A stretch of DNA of 43,885 bases from a virus (taxonomy: Duplodnaviria > Caudoviricetes). Positions 35,093 through 43,608 of this stretch are shown here, one piece after another (position 1 is the stretch's first letter; each line of letters opens with the position of its first letter). The notes beneath the pieces were generated by a model. The model was not told where the DNA came from. It ran no database searches and worked only from the letters and a program-made list of their open reading frames with translations. The position numbers were made by a program, and so were the translations under genes. The DNA lies in IMG/VR virus record IMGVR_UViG_3300020138_000049, positions 1-43,885 of that record; one strand, given 5' to 3'.

Positions 35093-35307
35093 AGCTGATC
35101 GATGAATGGCGCGATGCTTGGCGCTTGCGGTCGGTGCAGATCGCGGGCGGTGGTGCCATCGCTGGCGCTCTGGCTGCCGGCCTGATGGCCAGTGGCGCGA
35201 TCGTGCCCTGGCTTGGCCTGATCCCGACATGGGCAGTATTCGCTGGTGGCGCATTGATTTGCGCGTTCACGGTGTGGGCGCGCATCACTCAGCAGAGAAA
35301 GCCGTGA
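35089..35307 (+). CDS. Holin-like protein, 72 aa, 2 TM
   Basis: MKLIDEWRDAWRLRSVQ...ARITQQ; directly before the endolysin. Confidence 0.7.
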   Translation: MKLIDEWRDAWRLRSVQIAGGGAIAGALAAGLMASGAIVPWLGLIPTWAVFAGGALICAFTVWARITQQRKP

Positions 35308-35804
35308 AACGTTGGCAAAAGCTGGCGGCGTCGGGCGCGGGTGCCGTGGCGATCGCGGTAGCGATGACCGTGCAGTGGGAGGGCACGGTCTATCGAGCCC
35401 ATTTCGATCCGTTCGCCAAGGTGTGGGACATCTGCAACGGCCACACCAAGGGAGTCAAGCCTGGCGATACCGCCACGCAAGCGCAATGCGATGCCTACCT
35501 GGCCGAAGACATGGCCAGCGCGCGCGCCGATGTTGAGCGCTGCATCCACGTGCCGCTCACCGAAGCGCAGCGCGCCGCGTTCCAGGTGGCTGCGTTCAAT
35601 CTCGGTGCGTCGGTCGTGTGCGGTTCCACGCTGCAGGCCAAGGCAAATGCTGGCGACGTCCTGGGCGCCTGCCTGCAGCTGACGGACGCGCTCGACAAGC
35701 GCGGCAACGTCGTTGGCTGGACGTACGCGCGTGGAGAGCCGGTGCAAGGCCTGCGCAACCGCCGCACCGACGAACGAAACGCCTGCATCGGATATTTCCA
35801 ATGA
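35304..35804 (+). CDS. SAR-type endolysin, GH24 lysozyme, 166 aa
   Basis: N-terminal Gly/Ala-rich SAR; WEG..8aa..D, ICNGHT, FNLG, STL, GLRNRR..E. Confidence 0.9.
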   Translation: MKRWQKLAASGAGAVAIAVAMTVQWEGTVYRAHFDPFAKVWDICNGHTKGVKPGDTATQAQCDAYLAEDMASARADVERCIHVPLTEAQRAAFQVAAFNLGASVVCGSTLQAKANAGDVLGACLQLTDALDKRGNVVGWTYARGEPVQGLRNRRTDERNACIGYFQ

Positions 35805-35989
35805 ATGGCTGGTTTCTCCACAGCAAATTCAAGATCACGATCGGCGCATTTCTGACCGCGCTTGGTCTGCTGCTCGCCGGCCTGATCGATGCTGCCCAGT
35901 GGGTCAGCTTCACCACTTGGGTGATCGGCTTGTACTTCGCCGCCAACGTCGGCGACAGCGTCGTGACGAAAAAGGCGGCCGACGAATGA
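35801..35989 (+). CDS. Small 2-TM membrane protein (second holin-like), 62 aa
   Basis: SKF..TM..GLIDAAQW..TM..YFAANV; ATGA overlaps. Confidence 0.65.
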   Translation: MNGWFLHSKFKITIGAFLTALGLLLAGLIDAAQWVSFTTWVIGLYFAANVGDSVVTKKAADE

Positions 35990-36288
35990 AGTGGTTGATC
36001 AAGCTGAAGCTGTTCGCGTTGGCCCTGTTGGGCCTGCTGGCGACCATCGCCACCGCGGCGCTGTACTGGCGCAACCAGGGCAAGGCGGCGCAGAAAGCTG
36101 TCGATGCAGCACGCGAGGCCGAGGTGAATGCGCAGGCAGCGCAGGAAACCATCCATGCTCACGAGGTGCGCAATGAAGTCCAAGCCGAAAACGCCAAACT
36201 GCCAGGCGCCCCGGCGCAGGCTGTGGCCACTGCTGACCCAGCTACTGCTGCTGGCAAGCTCCGCGATGGTGGCTGGGTGCGCGACTAA
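35986..36288 (+). CDS. i-spanin (Rz-like), 100 aa
   Basis: N-terminal TM followed by an Ala-rich helix. Confidence 0.75.
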   Translation: MKWLIKLKLFALALLGLLATIATAALYWRNQGKAAQKAVDAAREAEVNAQAAQETIHAHEVRNEVQAENAKLPGAPAQAVATADPATAAGKLRDGGWVRD

Positions 36289-36451
36289 GCCTGTCGTCAA
36301 GACCGACTTCTGCGCACCCTGGCGCGCGATCTACGTGAGCCGGCAGGATGTTTTGACGGACGGCACGGCGAAGGCCATCAAGGATCACGACGAAACCGGC
36401 GTGAAGATCGGGTGCTGGTCGGCGCCCAAACCAGCGGCGAAAACGCCATGA
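36173..36451 (+). CDS. o-spanin lipoprotein (Rz1-like), overlapping the i-spanin in the +1 frame
   Basis: Hydrophobic stretch, lipobox VAGC, then two further Cys; start uncertain. Confidence 0.75.
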   Translation: MKSKPKTPNCQAPRRRLWPLLTQLLLLASSAMVAGCATKPVVKTDFCAPWRAIYVSRQDVLTDGTAKAIKDHDETGVKIGCWSAPKPAAKTP

Positions 36452-36711
36452 GTGAGCTTTACATGTTCGACGGCCAACCGATGACGATCGCGCAGATCCA
36501 CGCCCGCGTGCCCGCGCTTTCCACCACCACCATTCGTCGCCGCCTGCGCGAGGGGCGCTGCACCGCGCAAACAATGCTGGCCTTCGACACTCGATGCGCT
36601 TTGCGAAGGGCTGGAAAGAAAACTGCGAAGAGACGACAAGCCATGCAAGCACGTGGCACCATGGCCGTGCAGGTTCTGGTTCCCGGTGGGGACTCAAACA
36701 GCCGCGCGTGA
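36448..36711 (+). CDS. Small HTH-like protein, 87 aa
   Basis: FDGQPMTIAQI...LSTTTIRRRLREG; ATGA overlap. Confidence 0.55.
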   Translation: MSELYMFDGQPMTIAQIHARVPALSTTTIRRRLREGRCTAQTMLAFDTRCALRRAGKKTAKRRQAMQARGTMAVQVLVPGGDSNSRA

Positions 36712-36715
36712 AAGG

Positions 36716-36942
36716 CTCCCCAAAATCTCCCCACGAAATCGAGCGACGCAAGACACAGAGCCGTTTTCGGGTTCCCCTCTTGGGCACCAATGCAATAAAA
36801 GCGGATGGATACGCTTGCGACACGAATAGCCCCTGAAGGCGCACGGTTGTGCGGTTTCAGGGGCTATTTCTTTGCCTGCTATTCGACAAATTGCAACGTA
36901 TTGCCCTAGTCTGTTTCCCCACGAATTACGCAGCGTGGGGAG
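36716..36942. other. attP: core TCCCCTCTTGGGCACCA (36773-36789, tRNA-Leu-like 3' end) with arm-type repeats
   Basis: CCA-ended tRNA 3' segment just upstream of the integrase; TCCCCA(C/A)-type repeats at 36716, 36727, 36916 and inverted at 36934. Confidence 0.75.
36825..36873 (+). terminator. Long hairpin terminator after the attP core
   Basis: AATAGCCCCTGAA/TTCAGGGGCTATT 13-bp inverted repeat with inner CGCAC/GTGCG stem and T-rich tail. Confidence 0.75.
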
Positions 36943-36946
36943 TTGG

Positions 36947-37918
36947 ATGGCCAGTATCAGTAGGAGCGGCAAGCGGTGGCGGGCGCAGGTGTTTGTGCGG
37001 GGTGTGCGGTCGTCGAAGATCCACGACACGAAGGCGCAGGCGGCGGCTTGGGCGCTGGAACAGCAGGCGGAGCTGGCGGGCGACAAGTTGCCGGACAAGA
37101 CGTTTGGGCAGGCGCTGGAGCGGTACGCGGCCGAGGTGGCGCCGTTGCACAAGGGTGAGACCTGGGAGCTGCGGCGGCTGACGGCGATGGGGCGGCACAA
37201 GCTGGCCAGCAAACGGTTGGCGGTGATCGTTGGGGCGGATATCGCGGCGTGGCGGGATGAACGGCTGCGATCGGTGGCACCGGCGTCGGTGCTGCGGGAA
37301 ATGAAGTTGATGCGGTCGGTGTTTGAGAGTTGCCGCTGCGACTTCGGCTGGCTGCGGTCAAACCCGATGCAGGATGTGACGCGGCCCACGGCGCCGGCGA
37401 GCCGGAAACGGCGGATCACCGCCGACGAAGTGGAGCGGCTACGGCTAGCGTTTGGCCTGGGCGAGCACCTGGCGGCGGATACGGCCACGCAGCGGGTGGG
37501 CTTGGCGTTTCTGCTGGGGTTGGAAACAGCGATGCGGGCCGGGGAGATGCTGGGCCTTCGTTGGGGCGATGTGGAGCTGGACGCTTGCTATGTTCGCCTG
37601 CCACGCACGAAAAACGGTGATGCGCGCGAGGTGCCGTTGTCGCCGCAGGCGGTGGACATACTACGCGTGCTGCCGGTGGGCGATGGGCCGGTGTTTGGCA
37701 TCGAGGAAAAGTCACGCGATGCGCTGTTCCGAAAGATTCGAGCGCGGGCCGCGCTGACGGACCTGCATTTTCACGACAGCCGGGCGGAGGCGATCTGGCG
37801 GCTGTCGAAGAAGCTGGACGTGTTGCAGTTGGCGCGGGTGATCGGTCACCGCGACCTGAAAAGCTTGATGATCTATTACAACGAAAGCGCGAGCGAGCTG
37901 GCGAAGAGGCTGGTATAA
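36947..37918 (+). CDS. int: Tyrosine recombinase / phage integrase, 323 aa
   Basis: Catalytic set R (ETAMRAGE), K (TKNG), HxxR (FHDSR), H (IGH), Y (MIYYN); GGGAG RBS. Confidence 0.95.
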   Translation: MASISRSGKRWRAQVFVRGVRSSKIHDTKAQAAAWALEQQAELAGDKLPDKTFGQALERYAAEVAPLHKGETWELRRLTAMGRHKLASKRLAVIVGADIAAWRDERLRSVAPASVLREMKLMRSVFESCRCDFGWLRSNPMQDVTRPTAPASRKRRITADEVERLRLAFGLGEHLAADTATQRVGLAFLLGLETAMRAGEMLGLRWGDVELDACYVRLPRTKNGDAREVPLSPQAVDILRVLPVGDGPVFGIEEKSRDALFRKIRARAALTDLHFHDSRAEAIWRLSKKLDVLQLARVIGHRDLKSLMIYYNESASELAKRLV

Positions 37919-37937
37919 CCGACGCCAACCCGGGGCG

Positions 37938-38237
37938 TTATTCGTGTCGTGGGCTCAGCAGGCGCGGAAGCGCACGCCGTACGCCATCTAGCACTCGCGA
38001 CCAGCCAATGCTGGCTTTCCACTCGGTGCCGTTGACTACGACGCGGTAGCTGTCGATGCGGCTGGTGCGGAAAAGCTCGATGGTGTGTATGTGCGGCTCC
38101 TCGCCATCGAAATCCTCAATCGTGACACGCCGGCGCAGCTGCGGCGGCTGCCATGCGGCTTGGCGCTGTTCGTTTTCAGCACATTCGGCGCGGCGCTGCT
38201 CGCGGCGTGCCTGGTATTTTCGGGTTCGTCGGTACAT
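37938..38237 (-). CDS. Hypothetical protein, 99 aa
   Basis: Last gene of the leftward operon, convergent with int. Confidence 0.6.
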   Translation of the reverse strand: MYRRTRKYQARREQRRAECAENEQRQAAWQPPQLRRRVTIEDFDGEEPHIHTIELFRTSRIDSYRVVVNGTEWKASIGWSRVLDGVRRALPRLLSPRHE

Positions 38238-38268
38238 TGCAGACCTTCAACGCTCCGTCTATTAGGCG

Positions 38269-38523
38269 TTAGGCCGCGCGGGTGGTGCCGCGCCGGTAGT
38301 TTTCTGCCCATTGGTCGACCTCTGATTTCTTCCACGCTTTGACTTTGCCCAGCGGTAGTGCTTTGGGGAAATTCGGTTTGCACGCGATGGTTTCGAGGAA
38401 GGTGCGGCGGGTGATGCCGCCGAGGTACGCGGCGCAGGCGTCGGCGGAAAGCCAGCGGTCACCGGCCACCAGCGCGGCAATGATGGCGACGGCGTCGGGG
38501 CCGGTTGGTTGTTCGGTGTTCAT
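38269..38523 (-). CDS. Excisionase/AlpA-like winged-helix protein, 84 aa
   Basis: WLSADACAAYLG.ITRRTF, FPKA, WKKSEVDQW; ATGA overlap. Confidence 0.78.
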   Translation of the reverse strand: MNTEQPTGPDAVAIIAALVAGDRWLSADACAAYLGGITRRTFLETIACKPNFPKALPLGKVKAWKKSEVDQWAENYRRGTTRAA

Positions 38524-40364
38524 GCGGCGATCCGTTCCGGTTGGTTGACCGGGTCGAGGTTGGCGCGGGCGATGGCGCAGAGAGGCGGCGGGCTGACGCT
38601 GTTGCCGACCATGCGCACGGCGGCGCTGATGGTGAGTGGCTTGCCGCTGGCGGTGCGGTCGATGATGTAGTTGGCGGGGAAGCCCTGGGCGCGGTACAGC
38701 TCGCGCGGCTTGAGCATGCGCAGGCCGATGTCCACGATGACGTAGGGCGTGCCCTTGATCGTGACGGTGACCAGCGCGAGGCGGTCTCGGGTGGTTACCG
38801 TGTCGAGCGATTCGCGCAGGTCGCGCGGGGCGCCGTTGCCGTAGTAGTTGACCAGGAACGCGGCCACGCGCAGCGCGCCAGCTTCGTGCTCGGCGCTGAG
38901 CGTGCACTCAACCACGGCGTGGTGTTCGCCGCCGGCGCTGACGGTGGCCAGCGGGCCAGCCACATCGGCTGCGCTGCTGGTGCCGCGCAGCTTCGCCATA
39001 TGGGCCGTCACCACGCGCTGCTGGCTGCCGGTTCCGGTGATGCTGCTCACCGGCTCGTCGGCTCCACGCGCGCGGGCCGGGTTGCCGTTCTCGCCGCCGC
39101 CGTTGGCTTGCTCGAGGAAGGCGGTGACGACGGCGCAATCGGCTTTCGCAGTGACGGTGTAGCCCGGCTGATTCACCGGGCGTGGTTCGGTGTCGCCGGC
39201 GCGGCCGCCGACGCCCACCAGCAATGCGCTTGCCAGCGCGAACGATCCGCCGCCGGCATGCACAGTGCCCAGCGGCTGTTTCGGATCATGTGCGCCGCTG
39301 CCGCGCCGTTTCGTGGCGCCACTGCCTTCACCATGTGATGCCTGCACCAGCGTCGGCGCCACTACCGCATGCGCTCCGCCCTTCGGCCAGGCGGTGATCA
39401 CGCCGAGCGGTTCGCCGCCGCTCGCGATGCCACTGGCGGAGGCGTTCGCGCACTGCACGATGAACGGCTCCGCTGCGTTCACCACGTAGCGCATCACCCC
39501 GCGCGCGATGCGGCGCTGTGTGGCATCGGCCAGCGGCTTCTTGCGTTCGAAGATCGACGGGCACGGAATGGACCAGTCGATGCAGTCGGCGGCGGTGACG
39601 TAGGGCTGTGCGCGGCCGGGCCCGTGCGTTGGCTCAGGCCAGACGATGGGCTCGCCGTCGCGGCGGGCAATGAGGAACAGGCGCTCGCGGCTGGTGCCGG
39701 CGCCGTAGTCGCAGGCGCGCAGGATGCGCCATTCCACGACGTAGCCCAGCGCGCGCAGGGTAGCGACGAACTGCCGCCAGATGCTGCCGGCGCGCTTCTT
39801 GTCCGGCACCAGGAACTGCTCGCGCAGCGGGGTGTGCTCGCCGGGCGCGGCCACGGTGCCGTCGAGGCGGATCACGCGGCCGGTGGCTTTGTCGCGCTTG
39901 GCGATCAGCGGGCACCAGGTGAGGATCTGGCGGACGTTCTCCAGACTGATGATGCGCGGGGCAAGGCCATGCCGCGCGAGCCGGCCGGCCACCTTGACCA
40001 TCACCCAGCTGAGCGAGCGGGTGGCCCTCGATCGCGGCTGGCCGCCCTTGGCCTGGCTGAAATGTGTGCAGTCCGGGCTGCCGTGGAACCAGCCCACCGG
40101 GCGCCCGGCGACTTCGCGCAGGATGTCCACCGCCCACACGTCGGCTTCCATGTGCCGGGTGAACGGGTGGTTCGCGGCGTGCATGCCGAGCGCGTCGTGG
40201 TCGTGGTTCACGGCCACGTCGGGGTCGCGGCCCAGCGCCTGGCGCAGGGCTTCGCTGGCGCCACCGCCGCCGGCGAAGAAATCCACGACGATTTCGCCGG
40301 GGCGCAGGGCGCTGGCGAGTGTTTTACGCGGAAAGTTGAAGGCACGCTGGTTGCCGTCAGCCAT
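38520..40364 (-). CDS. DNA cytosine-C5 methyltransferase, 614 aa
   Basis: DFFAGGGG, GSPDCTHFS, LENV, RERLF, RML.PREL..AQGFP, GNSV. Confidence 0.93.
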   Translation of the reverse strand: MADGNQRAFNFPRKTLASALRPGEIVVDFFAGGGGASEALRQALGRDPDVAVNHDHDALGMHAANHPFTRHMEADVWAVDILREVAGRPVGWFHGSPDCTHFSQAKGGQPRSRATRSLSWVMVKVAGRLARHGLAPRIISLENVRQILTWCPLIAKRDKATGRVIRLDGTVAAPGEHTPLREQFLVPDKKRAGSIWRQFVATLRALGYVVEWRILRACDYGAGTSRERLFLIARRDGEPIVWPEPTHGPGRAQPYVTAADCIDWSIPCPSIFERKKPLADATQRRIARGVMRYVVNAAEPFIVQCANASASGIASGGEPLGVITAWPKGGAHAVVAPTLVQASHGEGSGATKRRGSGAHDPKQPLGTVHAGGGSFALASALLVGVGGRAGDTEPRPVNQPGYTVTAKADCAVVTAFLEQANGGGENGNPARARGADEPVSSITGTGSQQRVVTAHMAKLRGTSSAADVAGPLATVSAGGEHHAVVECTLSAEHEAGALRVAAFLVNYYGNGAPRDLRESLDTVTTRDRLALVTVTIKGTPYVIVDIGLRMLKPRELYRAQGFPANYIIDRTASGKPLTISAAVRMVGNSVSPPPLCAIARANLDPVNQPERIAA

Positions 40365-40821
40365 GGGTGGCGTCTCCGGTGAGCAGACCCTTTGCTTCGC
40401 ACAGCAAACCGGTCAGAACGCGCACTGTTTCGGCATCGATGTCGATGATGGCGCCGGGGCGGCAGTAGCGATCCATTCGCTGTACAAGATGGGTCGAAAG
40501 GAGCTTGCGGCGGTTGACAAAACGAAGGGCGGAGCGCGCCGCAGAAAGTGCCGCGCGCTCCGCGGTGAATTTATTCGGATCATCGCCATACTCTGAATCC
40601 ATGTCGCACAACGTCGCCAGGTGGTCGCTGACAGGTGCCGGTCGCTGGTTTTCAAGAAATGCCATCAACGCGTCTGTTGCGCGCATCGTGTCGGCGGATT
40701 TCGTCGTGCCAGCGCGGCCGTCTTCCCATACGTGGTGCAGCAGGTTCTCCAGTAGTCCAGTAACCGACTGGCGCGCCTCAGATGGCAGCTTGCGACCCTT
40801 GTAGCGAGTGCCGTTATTCAT
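40357..40821 (-). CDS. Hypothetical protein, 154 aa
   Basis: ATG at 40821 with GGAGG RBS; overlaps neighbours. Confidence 0.62.
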   Translation of the reverse strand: MNNGTRYKGRKLPSEARQSVTGLLENLLHHVWEDGRAGTTKSADTMRATDALMAFLENQRPAPVSDHLATLCDMDSEYGDDPNKFTAERAALSAARSALRFVNRRKLLSTHLVQRMDRYCRPGAIIDIDAETVRVLTGLLCEAKGLLTGDATHG

Positions 40822-41341
40822 GGCTGGTGGCCTCCCCGCAGCCGGCGCCGATCGAACCCGGATCATCGCTGGCAACAAACTTTCTCCATGGCACCCAGCC
40901 GCGCGGGCAGTGAAAACCCCATTCGCGGCAGTTGCGGAAGAAGACGAACAAGGTGAAGTAGCGCTCGGCTGGCAGGATTTCGATGCGGTGAGCGAAGCGG
41001 GCCGAGCGGAAACGGAGCGTGCCAGCTCTCAGCTCGCGGCGGTGGTGCACGCCGCCGGCGGCGATGGTGTGTTCGATGGCGCGGCCCCACAGCCCGATGC
41101 TGAAACTTGCGGCGGGGTGGTCGTGATGGGCGCGGTCGTCGTCACTGCGGCGGAACTCGTGGACGTAGGCGCGGGCCAGGCCAAGCAGGGTGCGAGGCGT
41201 CGGGCGCGGCTCGGTGGCGTGCAGCTTGGAGCCGAACACATACCAGCGGACCAAGTAGGGGTTGTCCCGGCCGCCGACGAAAAAGTCAGGGTTGTGGCGC
41301 ATGGTGCGGCGCGCGATCGCGCGCGCGATGGCGGTGATCAT
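40814..41341 (-). CDS. Cupin-like phage protein, 175 aa
   Basis: YLVRW, H.F.RSD.DR.HHDHP, E, HRIE, WGF motifs; ATGA overlap with the RT stop. Confidence 0.72.
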   Translation of the reverse strand: MITAIARAIARRTMRHNPDFFVGGRDNPYLVRWYVFGSKLHATEPRPTPRTLLGLARAYVHEFRRSDDDRAHHDHPAASFSIGLWGRAIEHTIAAGGVHHRRELRAGTLRFRSARFAHRIEILPAERYFTLFVFFRNCREWGFHCPRGWVPWRKFVASDDPGSIGAGCGEATSHE

Positions 41342-42714
41342 GGGTGGTGAATCCTCACGGTGACGCGCCGGCCTTCCAAGCGGTGATCGAAGCGGCGGCG
41401 GGTGGTGGTCAAAGGGGCTAGCCACGGAAGTCGGGCGTGGAAGGCTTGTTGCAGGCGGTGGCTGTCGGCCTGGCTGAAATGGCCGCGGTAGCTGGCCCAG
41501 ATGCTGCCGAGGTTGCGGAACTCGGCGGGCGTGCAGCGGACACCATGCGGTGTTGCGTGGGCGCGGTGCCAAGAGCGCAGAGCGGTGGCGGCGTGTTTGA
41601 CGACGCGCGCCCTTATGCGGGTGTGCGTGGGGTAGGTGACGTAGCCGAGGAAGTCGATGCCATCGCTCAGCGGGCGCAGACGGATGTCGGATTTCAGTTC
41701 GAGTCGCAGGGTGTCGCGCAGGAAGGTGGTGATCTGTGCCTGCCATTGCTGCAGCTGCTCGCGGCTGTGGTGCACCAGCACGAAATCATCGACGTAGCGC
41801 AGGTAGCGCGGTGCCTTGAGTGTGTGCTTGACGAACTGGTCGAGTGCATCGAGGTAGACGTTGGCAAAGAACTGCGACGACAGGTTGCCTACGGGGAGGC
41901 CGCAACCGGCTGGCGCGTTTTCCAGCCGTTTGTGCGGCGGCACGTGGGCGCGCTCGGCCGCGGTGGAACGGTGCAGTACGCCCTGGCGCTCGACGGAGCG
42001 GCGCAGCAGGGCATGGGCCACGTGCTGGGTGGCGAGCGGCACGCCGTGGCGCTGCATGCGCTGCTTGAGCATGCGGTAGAGCGTGAGGCGGTGGATGGTG
42101 TTGAAGAAGTTGCGGATGTCCAGCTGCAGGTAGAAGCCGCCGCCCTGGCCGCTGTGTACTTGGCGCACGTGCTTGCGCAACGCTGCCACGGCGGCGTGGG
42201 TGCCTTTGCCGCGGCGGTTGGCGTAGCTGTGGTGAATGAAGCTGGGCTCGTAGATGGCCTCCAGTTGTGGCACCAGCCAGTGGTGCACGACGCGGTCGGC
42301 GAAGTCGGGTGCGTGGATCTGGCGAGCCTTGGGCTTGGTGGCGATGAAGCAGGTGGTGGGGCGCGGTTGCCACGTGCCGTCGTTGATCTGCTGTTGGAGA
42401 TCAAGCAGGCCATCGATCCACTGTGATTCGAATTGCAGCTGGTTCTGGCTGGGCACCTTGCGGCGCCGGGCGCGCTGCCATGCGCTGTGGAGGTCACGAA
42501 AGCTGACCTCGCTGTGTGTTGCACCCTGAGACTCACCGGACGCCGCCGGCAACACCGAACGCACCGCCCGCACGCGGGCTTGGTTGTTCTGGTTGTTGAG
42601 GTTGCTGTTGCCGTTGTTGAAATTGACGTTCCACGCGTAGTCCGAAGGGGACTCCGCTATCCCGCGCGCTTGCGACCCGTCCGCGCGGCCCTGGGGTTGG
42701 CGCGGCTTCGTCAT
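41338..42714 (-). CDS. DGR reverse transcriptase, 458 aa (template repeat in frame at the N-terminus)
   Basis: PKARQIHAPDFADRVVHH, GKGTH, LDIRNFF, DGR-type GLPVGNLSSQ, YVDD, IDFLGY; ATG overlaps the avd stop. Confidence 0.96.
   Translation of the reverse strand: MTKPRQPQGRADGSQARGIAESPSDYAWNVNFNNGNSNLNNQNNQARVRAVRSVLPAASGESQGATHSEVSFRDLHSAWQRARRRKVPSQNQLQFESQWIDGLLDLQQQINDGTWQPRPTTCFIATKPKARQIHAPDFADRVVHHWLVPQLEAIYEPSFIHHSYANRRGKGTHAAVAALRKHVRQVHSGQGGGFYLQLDIRNFFNTIHRLTLYRMLKQRMQRHGVPLATQHVAHALLRRSVERQGVLHRSTAAERAHVPPHKRLENAPAGCGLPVGNLSSQFFANVYLDALDQFVKHTLKAPRYLRYVDDFVLVHHSREQLQQWQAQITTFLRDTLRLELKSDIRLRPLSDGIDFLGYVTYPTHTRIRARVVKHAATALRSWHRAHATPHGVRCTPAEFRNLGSIWASYRGHFSQADSHRLQQAFHARLPWLAPLTTTRRRFDHRLEGRRVTVRIHHP
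42535..42657 (-). repeat. DGR template repeat (TR)
   Basis: 123 bp with nine AAC and one AAT codons; nearly all mismatches to the VRs fall at TR adenines. Confidence 0.96.
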
Positions 42715-43145
42715 GGATTGACCCCTGCTGGGGTGGCGCGGGAACTCAGTATCTGGGCACGCTGACCGCCGATGCTGTGGCGGACATTCTGGCCCTTGGG
42801 GTGCTGCTGTTGGCGATGCCACGCGCCGGTTTGCCGGCCGAGCGATGCGGCCGCGCGCGCCAGGCTTTCGAACTGGCCGAAGCTGTTGAAGACACGAAGC
42901 CTGCTGCCGATTTGCAAGCGCAGTTTGAGGCTGTCGACCTCGCGTACCAACTGGGCGATGTGTTGCGCCTGGTGTGCCCTGTCGCGCCATGCTTCATGCG
43001 CGGCGAGTGTGACCCGGTACGCCTGGGCGCGGAGATCCGCACCGTAGGCGTAACGGTGGGCCCGGTTGAATCGTGCTGCTGCGCGCTCGATGTCGAGCAG
43101 CAAGGATTCGGCCAGTTTCACGATGGGCGGGAGGGCGAAGGACAT
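42711..43145 (-). CDS. avd: DGR accessory variability determinant (four-helix bundle), 144 aa
   Basis: F.R.HRY..G.DLR and LGRQTGAW motifs; located between the targets and TR/RT. Confidence 0.9.
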   Translation of the reverse strand: MSFALPPIVKLAESLLLDIERAAARFNRAHRYAYGADLRAQAYRVTLAAHEAWRDRAHQAQHIAQLVREVDSLKLRLQIGSRLRVFNSFGQFESLARAAASLGRQTGAWHRQQQHPKGQNVRHSIGGQRAQILSSRATPAGVNP

Positions 43146-43170
43146 CAGGATAGGTCAGCCGAAAAGCCGA

Positions 43171-43608
43171 TTACTGACCGGACGCCGCCGGCAACACCGA
43201 ACGCACCGCCCGCACGCGGGCAGGGCTGCTCTGGCCGTCGAGGTTGCTGTTGCCGTAGCTGAAATCGACGCCCCACGCGCAGCCCGAAGGGGACTCCGCA
43301 TCCACGGTGCCGGACCAATACCAGTCCGATTTGACAGACGGGAAGGCGTCGGTGTCGATCGCCGGATTGAACTTGCTGCGGTCGGCGAGCAGGAACAGCT
43401 CTTCGACGGTGGGCAGGCGCCAGTCGCTGTAGCCGGCGAGCGACAGCTTGCCGCAGGCTTTGCCGGCGGCAGCAAAGTCCAGGCGCTTGTCGCTGACGTC
43501 GTTTGCCGCCCACATGAGGTTGGTGCGGGTGTCGATCACGGCGGCGTGGTCGGTGGCATCGCTGGCGAGCTGCACGCCATCGGCACCGATCTTGAGGAAA
43601 TGGGACAC
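43171..43608 (-). CDS. DGR target protein 2, stand-alone DUF1566/Lcl C-terminal protein, 145 aa
   Basis: GTG start with GGAGA RBS; VIDTRTNLMW, GYSDWRLPTVEEL, YWSGT, RVRAVR. Confidence 0.92.
   Translation of the reverse strand: MSHFLKIGADGVQLASDATDHAAVIDTRTNLMWAANDVSDKRLDFAAAGKACGKLSLAGYSDWRLPTVEELFLLADRSKFNPAIDTDAFPSVKSDWYWSGTVDAESPSGCAWGVDFSYGNSNLDGQSSPARVRAVRSVLPAASGQ
43177..43299 (-). repeat. DGR variable repeat VR2
   Basis: 123 bp; 14 mismatches to TR, all at TR adenines. Confidence 0.96.

Noticed and set aside
36677-36699. Second tRNA-3'-like sequence on the minus strand (GTTTGAGTCCCCACCGGGAACCA)
   Set aside because: The acceptor strand is one base short, the T-loop is degenerate and it lies inside an ORF; it may be another arm-type site or a relic
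36700-36789. Complete tRNA gene
   Set aside because: Only the last 17 nt resemble a tRNA; no D arm, anticodon arm or intact T-loop
41338-42990. RT as a group II intron, retron or Abi RT; 550-aa version of the ORF
   Set aside because: Avd, the TR/VR pairs and the GNLSSQ motif identify a DGR RT; there is no maturase or endonuclease region; the longer N-terminus overlaps avd in another frame
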